From Octopus bimaculoides (lineage: Eukaryota): DNA of 48,526 nt. The stretch covers positions 48,668,603-48,717,128 of the forward strand of contig NC_068987.1 in assembly GCF_001194135.2 (NCBI RefSeq), in the 5' to 3' direction. Every line of letters begins with the position of its first letter. Within the stretch, counting starts at the first letter, position 1. Below, piece by piece: positions 11,750 to 22,440 of this stretch. The position numbers were made by a program, and so were the translations under genes. Under the pieces are notes generated by a model. That model worked only from the letters and a program-made list of their open reading frames with translations, was not told the DNA's origin and made no database searches.

Positions 11750-13450
11750 GCTAGCTTCTCAAAGGCAGGCTTACTCAGTGACATGCTGTCACAGAAGTGC
11801 CCCAATTTACAAAGGTAATATCCAGCATGATCTGTTGTGTGCCTTATGTAGCAGCTGTACTTTGCTCCTGATGGGTTGGTATATATCTTGTTGCTCCAAT
11901 AATAATAGTTATGATGCTGAAAGTTGATCTTGGGTACTGAATTTGCAAACTCCTAATTAATTGTCCACAGATGTCCTCTTTATTTAGCCATATTGGTGTC
12001 CTGAAGGCAGCTGATTTCCACAATAGAGCATGTCTTTTCCCTCTGATCCCACACAACAATATCTGATCATTTGTGTCTTGACTTGGTAGCTGTTTTAATT
12101 CTTAAGTTTCACCAATATTCTTTTGACCTATCAGTCTCAATATAGTCAATTTTAACTGCAGGTGTTTTGTTTTTTGTTACCCTGTTCCAGACTGGTCTGA
12201 ATGCTGCATTATGCCTCATGGGAAGATAATATCTGTAAAACATTCTCTTGCAGTTGGCAATAATGTGGTCGATGTCTTCAGTCTTTGTCTTGCACAGCTC
12301 ACATTTGTTGTCTGTCAGTGTTTTCTGCTTTTTGTGCTGCAGGTATTGGTCAGGATCTCTTGTTCTTGAATTGCATTGTAGGTAACTTTCACAGTGCAAT
12401 GTCATAAACTTGGTATTCCATGCCAAGCTTTTGTCGTGATCAATCCCTTCAATGGTTTGTGTTTTACGTGCCAAGTACTCATGTACTATCTTCTCACTGA
12501 ACTGGTCCGTTTTTTAATTCTGTTCTTCTGATAAATAGATTTTACCAATGCTCCTTGGGGAGAGATCTGTATCAGTTTTTATTTCATACCTCTCCTCATG
12601 TGCATTAGCTATCTTATTTAAGTTGGTCACAAACTTGGGCAAGGTAGTTACCAGACTCTTTCCTCTGCTCCAAATGTTGTTTCAGTGTAACAATATATGC
12701 TTCATATGGCATTAATACAGATATGAGACCACAGCCACCATCCTTGCATGGGAGGTATAGTCTGTCTACATCTCCATTGATGTTGAAGTTTCTTGCAACA
12801 TTAAACAGCTTGCAACTTCAAACAACTATCTCATTGAGTTCTTGCAGTGACCAGTTCAGAAGGCCAAACACAGGTATGAGAAAAGGTACTACAGAGATAT
12901 TTGCTGTGAGAGTTCTGATGACCATATTCTCTTTACTCTCCTGAGGTATTCATTCCTGGTCCTCTCCTTATTTATGGGCCCATCATACCTGACATTCTCA
13001 TCTTGTTCACGATACCCATTATTGTCACCTGACTGTAAAGGTTGTATTGTCAAGCCATTTGTTCTTTGGTTTTCAGAGGAGGGCACAACTTTTCCACATT
13101 TTATTGTCAAAAATGCACATTTGGACTCACCAAATTCCATCCCAATGTCAGTAGAAAATTGGGTTATGTGGTCCAATTGTTTTCATGAGGTTGATATTTG
13201 ACCCATACAGTTTCAGGTTGTCAACAAAAAAAAGATGGGAGATACTTCTGAATCAACTTCTATGGTCACTATGTCTTGTGAGCAGGTATGGTAGTGGGTT
13301 AAATGAGAGGATAAAGAACAACACCAGCAAGCTATCACCCTGAAAAGAACCATTTTGGTAGTGAATGCTATCTGACTTAATATGCTCCTTATCATTCCAA
13401 AGGAACAAGGTGGTGTGCCAAATCTTGGTTAGGCATTCAATAGCACTCAC
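11750..13450 (-). mobile_element. R4/Dong-like non-LTR retrotransposon (RT, CCHC zinc knuckle, restriction-like endonuclease); decayed
   Basis: GSFQGDSLL (RT motif), DIGMEFGESKC, RVKRIWSSELS, GDVDRLYLPCKDGGCGL, CELCKTKTEDIDHIIANC..RH (CCHC), and SDIVVWDQREKTCSIVEISC (PD..D/E RLE). Confidence 0.85.
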
Positions 13451-13499
13451 CAGTGTATATATGTATGTATGTATGTGTTGTGTGTATGTATGCATACAT

Positions 13500-13846
13500 A
13501 CTGCCTAAATACCAATATTGAGAAATTTGGCTTCTCAAAACCAGAAAGGAGAAAGCTGATTTGAAGACTACAGATTCAAGCTATGACTGGAACTGTAAAA
13601 ATCTGTAAAGCTTTCTAGAAGTTTATCATTTAAATATAAATGGGTGTGTCTAGATATGCAACTATATGCATGAAAATACATTCATAAAATAAAACATACA
13701 AATCTGCACATATACATTCATACAAAAATATCCTGTTGATGTTGAAATTCCAATGAAGGAGCCATGGATCTAGGTTAGAAACCAGCCCTTTTTGTATTGG
13801 CAAGAAATCTTGAAATAAAACTAAATAATGACATACATACATACAT
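13500..13846 (+). mobile_element. 3' end of an RLE-type (R4/Dong-like) retroelement with (CATA)n tail
   Basis: CLNTNIEKFGFSKPERRKLI*RLQIQAMTGTVKICKAF resembles the post-RLE C-terminus. A 3' UTR follows and ends in gacatacatacatacata. Confidence 0.55.
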
Positions 13847-14199
13847 ATCATCATTGGGTTAACATTAACTTTTCTGTTCTAGCATGGGTTACATGGGAAT
13901 TTGTTAAGGCATAGCTGAAAACCACCACTTGTTTTCAACTTAGATAATAATTTCCAAGCCTACTGAAGACTGCATGGATATTTATATATGTACTGGGGTC
14001 AATTTGCTCAACTGGAGCCCTTCAGAGTGGTTTCCCAACATGGCCACAGTTCAACAGGTGAAACAAGTGGAAGATAAAAAGATTAACTGCTTTTTGTTTT
14101 TAAGTTGACAGCAAGACACCTGTTTCTGTCTCCCTGTCACACTCCAACCTTTCATCATCTGGCACAAGATCATGTCCTCCAATGCCACCTTCCCCTCTC

Positions 14200-14487
14200 A
14201 AAGGATTTTTGTCTTGCAAGTTACTTGGTGACCCTGCCAGTGATGGTGCCACATAAAAAGCATCCAGCTATGAAAACCATGCCAAACTGATCTTGCCTGT
14301 GCTGGTGCCATGTAAAAAGCACTCAGTCTACTCTACAGGGTGGTTGGTGTTAGGAAGGGCATCCAGCTGTACAAACCATGCCAAAATAGACAGTGAAGCC
14401 TGGTGTAGTCTTCTAGCTGGCTGACTCCTGTCAAACTGTCTAACCTATGTCAGCATGGAAGGTGGACGTTAAATGATGATGGTGATG
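14200..14487 (+). repeat. SINE-like repeat with RTE-derived tail
   Basis: ggtgccacataaaaagca...ggttggtgttaggaagggcatccagctgt...cagcatggaaggtggacgttaaatgatgatggtgatg. Confidence 0.7.
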
Positions 14488-14704
14488 TGTGTGTGTGTGT
14501 GATCAGTGTTAGCATTTTATGCTTACTTCTTCATGCATCTTTAGTTGGACAGATTTTTTCTGAAGCAGTGGGTTATAGTTAGGTGCTCTTCTGTTGCCAA
14601 CCCTTTTAGTTGCTTCTCATAACATGCAATGACATGGTGGGACTCTTCTCAAACTGTGATACATTCATCTTACATACTTACATACCAACAAACATGCATG
14701 CATT

Positions 14705-14936
14705 TATGTATATGTGTGTTTGTGTCTCCTTGCCATGACGTTTTGCAATAGATGTAAACGAGTGTCACCGTCATCATACAGGCGGTGTCCATGAAAATAT
14801 TTCCGGCCTTGAGGGAATATTACTTTGCTTGGAAACAGGTTACGGTTGGTGACAGGAGGGGCATCCAATCACAGAAAGATCTGCGTCAGCAAATTTTTCC
14901 TGACCTGTACAAGCATGAGAAAGTGGACGTTAAACG

Positions 14937-14939
<3 letters not shown>
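14705..14939 (+). repeat. SINE family A 3' half (RTE-like tail), CpG-retaining copy
   Basis: ggttggtgacaggaggggcatcc...gcatgagaaagtggacgttaaacgat, followed by (AT)n. Confidence 0.7.
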
Positions 14940-14980
<41 letters not shown>

Positions 14981-15480
14981 AAAAAATAAAGTTAGGAAGA
15001 AAATAACATTTAAAAATTCAAAAATAATCTTTAAATTTAGAACAAAGATGAGACTATCTAAATAATTAATATCTTGTTAGGATAACGGCAAGTTTGCGGG
15101 ATATTACCAATATCTCGTATGAATAAAGAATGCATATAGAAACACGTTTGAAGAAATACCCATGTATAACAAGTAGATACGCTAAAATGAGGTGTATTTA
15201 GATTTGGAGTATAAAGTTTGGTACAGTATTTTATAAATTGGGAGAGAATACCCTTTACCTACAAGTATATTACCTTCATCTCGACATATGTATGCATATG
15301 TGTGATCGAATGAGGAAGACAAACAAGGAAGTAGTTCTTTCATTCTTATTTTTAATATAGTGCTTAATTAATTTCGATTTAGTAAGACAATAATTGTGCG
15401 GGGCAATGTGTGTATAGTGAGACATTTAAAGATGGTTACGGTGTATCACTAACCAACTTGCATTGCTGCTGGGTTAGAGG

Positions 15481-15536
15481 CTATATATCACCTCTGACGT
15501 CACAAGCGGTCATGTACGTGAGGGAAAGATGGCGGC
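15481..15536 (+). promoter_or_regulatory. Putative Pol II promoter: TATA-like element, CRE and YY1 motif over the start codon
   Basis: TATATAT at 15482, full CRE TGACGTCA at 15495-15502, ACGTG at 15516-15520, and YY1 consensus AAGATGGCGGC at 15526-15536, in a locally CpG-rich patch. Confidence 0.6.
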
Positions 15537-15613
15537 GGTTCGGAGTAATCGGACAAGTACCTTAGATATTATATGGAGGTATCTTTTGATATTGTTGAAT
15601 CTACAACAAGTAG
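15529..15613 (+). CDS. Putative first coding exon of an unidentified secreted or membrane protein (signal-peptide-like), phase-1 donor
   Basis: ATG GCG GCG GTT... gives MAAVRSNRTSTLDIIWRYLLILLNLQQV+G, followed by a perfect donor AG|GTAAGT at 15614. Basic n-region plus hydrophobic h-region; adjacent promoter motifs. Product not recognised. Confidence 0.62.
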
Positions 15614-16333
15614 GTAAGTGGATTGCATTATATAATTAGTTATATTAGCAACTTTTGGTCTGCTAATCGAAACATAGTAAAAGGAAGCGTTCATCTACCT
15701 CTTGATAAGTACGGAGGTGCGTGCAGCTCGCACCGTCCGTATGTGTTTTGTTGTACGTTGTTCATCCCCCACCTTATGCTTGTGCCATCGAAAGAAACAC
15801 TAGTCATGAGTCTGCTCGTATGCAAGCCTTATTAGACTCCCATTATTAGTTTGCAGTGATTTATCCATCTTTAAACACTTAATTGGCTATCAGTTATTTA
15901 CCTTGTTTATATGCGATTTGCTTATGTTCTGTTTACACAGAAAACACATCTGCCCCGTACTTGTTATAGCAAATTTACTGGGAAGTTAAACAAATGCATA
16001 AATCCAGTGTTGTGTGTGTGTACACACACACACATGTTTGTACATAGGTGCGCCTGTCTATATATATATTTATATAATCATTAAACCTTTCAGTTTACTC
16101 ATTGTATTATGTGACGATTTGATTCAAACTTATCATGGATCTTAAGTTTTTAGCTGTGTAGTTAAAAACACACTAAATCAGCCTACATAATTCAACTTGA
16201 CTAACTCAATTCGTGTTCATATCACAATAATAATAAACACAGCATTTCTTTAATGTAGTAAACACTCAATACCATGCACACGTTTCTCTATTTGTGTATT
16301 GCATGGAAATAAACATGCTTCTTGCTTTTACAG

Positions 16334-16339
16334 TCGTAG
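16334..16339 (+). CDS. Candidate 6-nt micro-exon (TCGTAG), phase 1-1
   Basis: catgcttcttgcttttacag|TCGTAG|gtaaat; frame-preserving after exon 1 (adds VV). Confidence 0.3.
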   Translation, partial: S

Positions 16340-16800
16340 GTAAATCTGCTTGTTGAAATATTTTTATGTTGTTGCACGTTGTAGTATTTATTTAGAAACT
16401 TCTGAAGCTGTAATAACAAATGAATTTAGAGGTTCCAGTTTGTTTTGGTACCTTTGTTTCTATCTTTAGTTTCCTTTCTAGTTCTTAAAGGGCTTCCTTC
16501 ATGGAAAGTCAACAGCAAATACAACTGCCTTAGAGCCCCCTCCCCGTTTTTTTTAAAGAGAAAAAAAGGGGAGTTAGGAAGGGTTTCTAAATACGCTAGT
16601 AGTTGGTCATTTGTAGTGTTTTAGGTTATTTTTGTTTTCTTCCACTAAGCGTGAAGTAGGGGAAAGAGAGCAAAAGCATTTAAATAATGATTATATGTTT
16701 CTATGAAATTTAATTATTCTGTTATTTGGCCTACCAGGTAGTACTTCACTGTTGAACATTTTTATACCCCACTAGTTAGAAAATAGTTTACACACACACA

Positions 16801-16847
<47 letters not shown>

Positions 16848-17435
16848 ACAATATCGCTATCAATTTAGAGTAATAATTTGTAGTTTTGGAATCAGTAGTT
16901 CTTTGGCTGCTATTTCTGAATTCTCAGTATGTTGGAGAAGCAGGTTACNNNNNNNNNNNNNNNNNNNNNNNNNNNNNNNNNNNNNNNNNNNNNNNNNNNN
17001 NNNNNNNNNNNNNNNNNNNNNNNNNNNNNNNNNNNNNNNNNNNNNNNNNNNNNNNNNNNNNNNNNNNNNNNNNNNNNNNNNNNNNNNNNNNNNNNNNNNN
17101 NNNNNNNNNNNNNNNNNNNNNNNNNNNNNNNNNNNNNNNNNNNNNNNNNNNNNNNNNNNNNNNNNNNNNNNNNNNNNNNNNNNNNNNNNNNNNNNNNNNN
17201 NNNNNNNNNNNNNNNNNNNNNNNNNNNNNNNNNNNNNNNNNNNNNNNNNNNNNNNNNNNNNNNNNNNNNNNNNNNNNNNNNNNNNNNNNNNNNNNNNNNN
17301 NNNNNNNNNNNNNNNNNNNNNNNTATAAGGCACTAAAAGAGAATGACTCTCCCCAGACAACAGAATATGCTTCAACACACGAACTCACATGAAGAATCTT
17401 GCAAACCAAATCCAAAAACGAAATATATATATGTT

Positions 17436-17475
<40 letters not shown>

Positions 17476-19244
17476 ATTATTATAATAATACTGCTTGGTG
17501 TCTACGAAGACAAAAAAAGAAAATTTGTGTCAAGGGGTGTATCAACCATGCAGAACGATGAGACTTGATTCGGGAGAATGATTTTGCTTTTTCATCTTTT
17601 TCTGTTTACTCCACAATTACTTTTAAAGTTGACGAACTTATTTCAAAGACTTGCCAGAAATGGCTTCGGTGCTTCCATTTCTGGCTCTTTGCAAACATGA
17701 TAGTTTTTTTTCGATTGCTTTCTTCGTTTTATCTTTTCGCCTGTTTTCTTAAAATTTCCCCTCAGTTTAACTTAATAGAGGTGGCGGGTGGAAATCATTT
17801 AATGAAACATTAATTAGTTTGCTAGTTTACAATTATCTTCTTCACGGGATTATTTTGTGATATGTTTAACGAAACTATAATTAATTTATTTTAATACATT
17901 AATTAAAGAAAAGGAAGAAATATAATTTTAAAAAATTATTTACGAAAATTACTTAAAAGATAAAAAATGAATTACTAGTTTTCAGATAATTGATCTGTCC
18001 TGGGTTGGGATAGATACTTGCAAGCAGATCTTCTTAGCTTCTTCCCTATAATCATTAAATTTATTCTTCTCCATAGAAATATAGACTATATTCATTTATA
18101 TTTATATGATTGCTCTATGACTTCGAATTTTTTTACTTTTATTTATCGACTTCTGCATATTTTTTTTTACCCTTCTGGTTTGTAGTACCGTCTATTCTCG
18201 TTCCTCTAAGACTACATATATGGATTGCTCTCTCGGCTAATCCGTTGGCAAATACTGAAGAATTCCGAATCTCGGTATGGTGGCAAGCACAAAGACTACA
18301 ACAGAAATCAGAGTCCCACATTTGCTATTGATCGAAATTAATCCTATAGGTTCTGTCTTCTCGGATTTCATCGCTCAGTTGCTAATCTCGGCATTCTCTC
18401 ACTGGATCCTTTCTTTACTTTTGCAGCTTCGGACTCCCAATTATTTTTCTTATGAATTCCACCAACTTTTTTGTTCTTTTTTTTTTTCAAATTCACCTAT
18501 TTTTCGTTTTAACATCAGAAACATTTTTGATTTTTCTTCAGTGATTTGAGTTTGATATCCGAACAACAATAATAATAAAAATAAGTCAACATCAACAACT
18601 CTGGTATATGGAACTTCTATTTTAAAGAAAGCAATATATTTATTGTTTTCTGCTCATTTGATTGGGGAGGGCTGTAGTGGCAACAATAATAATAAACTAT
18701 CATTATTCCCGAAGAATTCATAATCGTTACAGTTATCATTCCACAAATCCGAAACCTTGATTATTATATAAGAGTCTTTTGTTATGTAGTGCTGGGGTTA
18801 TTTTTTGAGGAATTGAGTCTGTCACTTAATTTCGGTTCCCGTTGGAACCATTTCATTTAAGGAAAGCATGAACCACACATCATCTTATTCTATCTACCTC
18901 AACGATTTTATCATCATCATTGTTATTAGTAGTAGTAGTAATGCAAGTTCAAATCCCAAATATTGCCTGGGTTGATTTTATTTCTCATCCTCCCTACCGA
19001 CACCCTCCAAATATGTGGCCCTGTCCTTGTGTTCGAACCCCCACCACCACTGTTAAGGAATTTTTTCCTGATAAAATTTTTGTTGGAATTTTAATTTCTT
19101 TTATATCTTGTTATATCTTTATTGTTGCTTAATTCCTTTCGATCGATATAGGCCCATACTTTTTATGTGTTGTATTTCGTCCTTTTATACTGTACTTAAT
19201 GTCTTGGGCCCCTTATGGCCTATAAAAGAAATTATCTTGACGAT

Positions 19245-19410
19245 GTATAGCAGAAATGGGAGTGTCGGCTTCGCAGAATTTAGTTACATTCTGAGTTCGA
19301 ATCTCGCCAAGGTGTCCTCTGTCTTTTATTCTTCTCTCTCGGTTCGATGGAATATTAAGTACCAGTAGAATATAAGTTATCGTAAATCGATTATAACCCT
19401 ATCCCAAATG
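19245..19410 (+). repeat. SINE family B, CpG-retaining diverged copy
   Basis: gagttcgaatctcgccaagg...taagtaccagtagaatataagttatcgtaaatcgatt. Confidence 0.55.
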
Positions 19411-20427
19411 TATGCTCTTGTACCTGTTACAAATTATCACTAGTCTCATGGATGGGAGACACTTAATTTCGATACTTTATGATATCTAATTTTAAGGCTT
19501 TATTCTTTCTTTCTGTGATGGATACTAATTGAATTTATTTTAAATTCTACCGTAGTGGAACGGGGAATCGATAAAGTATCAGTAATAAACTGGTCAGTTT
19601 TATGGCGGAGGTAAATGCAGTGGACCGCACCCCCTTTGGGATGTCTTATGTCTGTCCTTGGTCCAGTTTTAAATTGGTTATGTCCGTCCTTGGTTGGAAT
19701 AAATTATTCACATCAGAAGCACGTCCGATATGAAATAGAGTCAATAATAAAACAGCAACCGCAAACACTGCTGTTTATAGGAGAATTGACCGACTTGGAA
19801 AAGTTAACTTGATCTTTGGTATACATTGTCTAAATATAGTGTCCCCACTCGTCCACCGATGCAAGATTGGGTCAAAGGCTACCCCTGTCTTGTAAAACAC
19901 GACTTTTGTATGAATATTCTTCTTTTAAATTAATTTCTTTCGAACTCTTAGATTCTCCTTACTCCGGGTCAATCACGATCGAGTAGATTAAAGACATTCC
20001 TGCCATGGCCGTTTGTGTCTTTTCCTTTTCCATGACTGTAGGAAGTGAGATTTAGCTGCCATTTCTAGCAGGTAGAGGCTCCGTCGTTGGCTCCCGTTTG
20101 TATGTCGGTTATATTTCAGAAAAATGAATTTTCAAACTTCTCTTTTTAATGATGGCACTTCAGTTCTATGGCTGTTGTTAATTGTTGTTTCGACTGTTAT
20201 TGATGTAAATCTGTGAAATCTTGCGGCATCTCTAGATACAGACGGGACACCCCCCTTTATATCCGACATAGCTCACCCAATAAATTCATAATTTATTCAT
20301 GTTTCATTTCACGGAATTAGCGCACCCACCACCCAGATGTAAGTGGGAAATATTTTCTGAGTAGTTTGTTATCAAAACAGTTGGCGGCCAACATAGGTCC
20401 CAACAATGACGTTAATTGAATATAAAC

Positions 20428-20446
20428 TTGCCACCTGCTGGCCGCC
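20428..20446 (-). promoter_or_regulatory. CTCF-like binding motif
   Basis: Minus strand GGCGGCCAGCAGGTGGCAA matches the CCASYAGRKGGCR core, in non-repeat, CpG-containing sequence. Confidence 0.45.
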
Positions 20447-21402
20447 TATTCGACCGGCCATAAACCACAGGGACTTGACTAACGACTTAAACATGAGAAA
20501 CTGGCCAAGAATATTGAAGTTTTCTCCCAGTTATTATACTATTCCAGTATGTGTATTAAAAGTTATTCTGCTTAACTATCTGGGACTACGAAGTTTCCTC
20601 CCCACCTTTTCTTTTTTTCTTTTTTTTTTTGAAGTACAAACATCTTAGTGCGTGTCAAAAATCTATGTAAAAAGTTGACAAGAATGGACTAGTTTTACAT
20701 ATTTTTTTGGAGGAAGTAAAAAAACTAAAATAAATACATTGACAAAAAGAAAAACGAAACAAAACAAGTGCGGTTAATTTTTTTACTTCTCAAGTATCAC
20801 ATTATTTTTCAAGCAATGATATATCATTGCTTGAAAAATAAGGAAACTAATTTATATTTCTGTTGAACTTGGATTCCTCTATTCAGTTATTTAAAATATT
20901 CGTTACATGTTGTTATATATACACATACATCCATGTGTAAGGTTTGACACGTTACCTTTTACTGATTATTAAATGTTTGCGTCCATAATATTACTAACTA
21001 CATTCAGTCTTTGAGTTGGGTCAAATCTCCACCTTCGTTTAAGCAGTTATAAATTTACGTTGCATTAGAGGCAAAATTCACTGTTTCTGTTCTAGAATTC
21101 TAGACCTAATCAACTGAGCTAACAAGATTTGTGAAATGTGCTTTGAAAGCTCTTGCCAGTGTGGTTGTGTTGTAACTGGGTCAGGTTTAACCAGGTTTCT
21201 TATGATGTTCTATTAAACTCTTCACAATGTGAAATCTAATGAGATCTCTAAAGACCCTCGAATCCTCATATGCAATGCAGATATTCCTTGGGACTTATTT
21301 TCTGAACCTGTTGCGCTAAACTAATAGCGAAGAAAGTATCTTGTAAAGTACACACACACGTACAATTTACAAGATACTCTTTTTATTAGAGAAACTAAAG
21401 GT

Positions 21403-21429
21403 AGGTGTGTGTGTGTGTGTGTGTGTGTT

Positions 21430-21468
<39 letters not shown>

Positions 21469-21742
21469 NNNNNNNNNNNNNNNNNNNNNNNNNNNNNNNN
21501 NNNNNNNNNNNNNNNNNNNNNNNNNNNNNNNNNNNNNNNNNNNNNNNNNNNNNNNNNNNNNNNNNNNNNNNNNNNNNNNNNNNNNNNNNNNNNNNNNNNN
21601 NNNNNNNNNNNNNNNNNNNNNNNNNNNNNNNNNNNNNNNNNNNNNNNNNNNNNNNNNNNNNNNNNNNNNNNNNNNNNNNNNNNNNNNNNNNNNNNNNNNN
21701 NNNNNNNNNNNNNNNNNNNNNNNNNNNNNNNNNNNNNNNNNN

Positions 21743-21774
<32 letters not shown>

Positions 21775-21785
21775 GCGCGCGCGCA
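21403..21785. repeat. Compound microsatellite (TG)n(TA)n-gap-(TA)n(CA)n(CG)n
   Basis: Direct reading. Other long tracts lie at about 14938-14978, 16790-16845, 22950-22994, 25138-25170, 27075-27165, 38510-38580, 38768-38808 (TAA), 41155-41192 and 43603-43632. Confidence 0.95.
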
Positions 21786-22202
21786 TACATACCTCCTTTA
21801 GTTTCTCCAAAATTAGAATAAAATGTCTCATGACTTTGTTTAAATAACAAAGTATTTTGAAGGTGCAGTTAATGTGCTCAAACCAGATTATAGCTTTTTT
21901 TGTTGTGTATTTAAAGCAAAAATGATGGATGTATTTTGTATTAGGAAGGAGCAAATTGCATGTGCATAAAAAAAACCCATCTGTAAATGAGGACCTAAAC
22001 TGAAAAAATCGATCAGTCTTCAATTTTACAAATTTTATAGTTATACAGTTTATTATGATATAAAGTTTTAGACGTTTTTTATTCTTTTCTTGTGGATTTT
22101 TAGAGGCATTATCATTAGGATGTTTAAAATTTGAATACTTTAGAGTAAGCCCATTACTCTGCTTTTTGTAAAAAGACACCACTCCCGTTTTCAATGGTTA
22201 TT

Positions 22203-22440
22203 ATTAGCAAGTGTTGCTGATGGCACAGTTGCTAGTGTCGGACGAAAATATTTTTTTGTGGTATTTAGTGACAGCCTTTTACGCTCTGAGTTCGCGTTCT
22301 GCTGTAGCCAGCTTTGCCTTTTATCTTTCCAGATCTGATAAAATAAAGTACCAATCAAATACTGGAATCGATTTAATTAACTAACATCTCCCTCTCTTAT
22401 TTCTGACATTGTATCTATGTTGGAAAAGATTTTAGCTAAG
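22203..22440 (+). repeat. SINE family B
   Basis: ttacgctctgagttcgcgttctgc...ctttgccttttatctttcc...gataaaataaagtacca. Confidence 0.65.

Noticed and set aside
14980-15340. A-rich block resembling a PLE tail with a hairpin gatatt-ggt-aatatc on the minus strand
   Set aside because: Core nucleotides are too degenerate to call a hammerhead or an element.
16011-16032. Perfect 22-bp palindrome (TG)5-TA-(CA)5
   Set aside because: Trivial product of adjacent complementary microsatellites in a microsatellite-rich genome.
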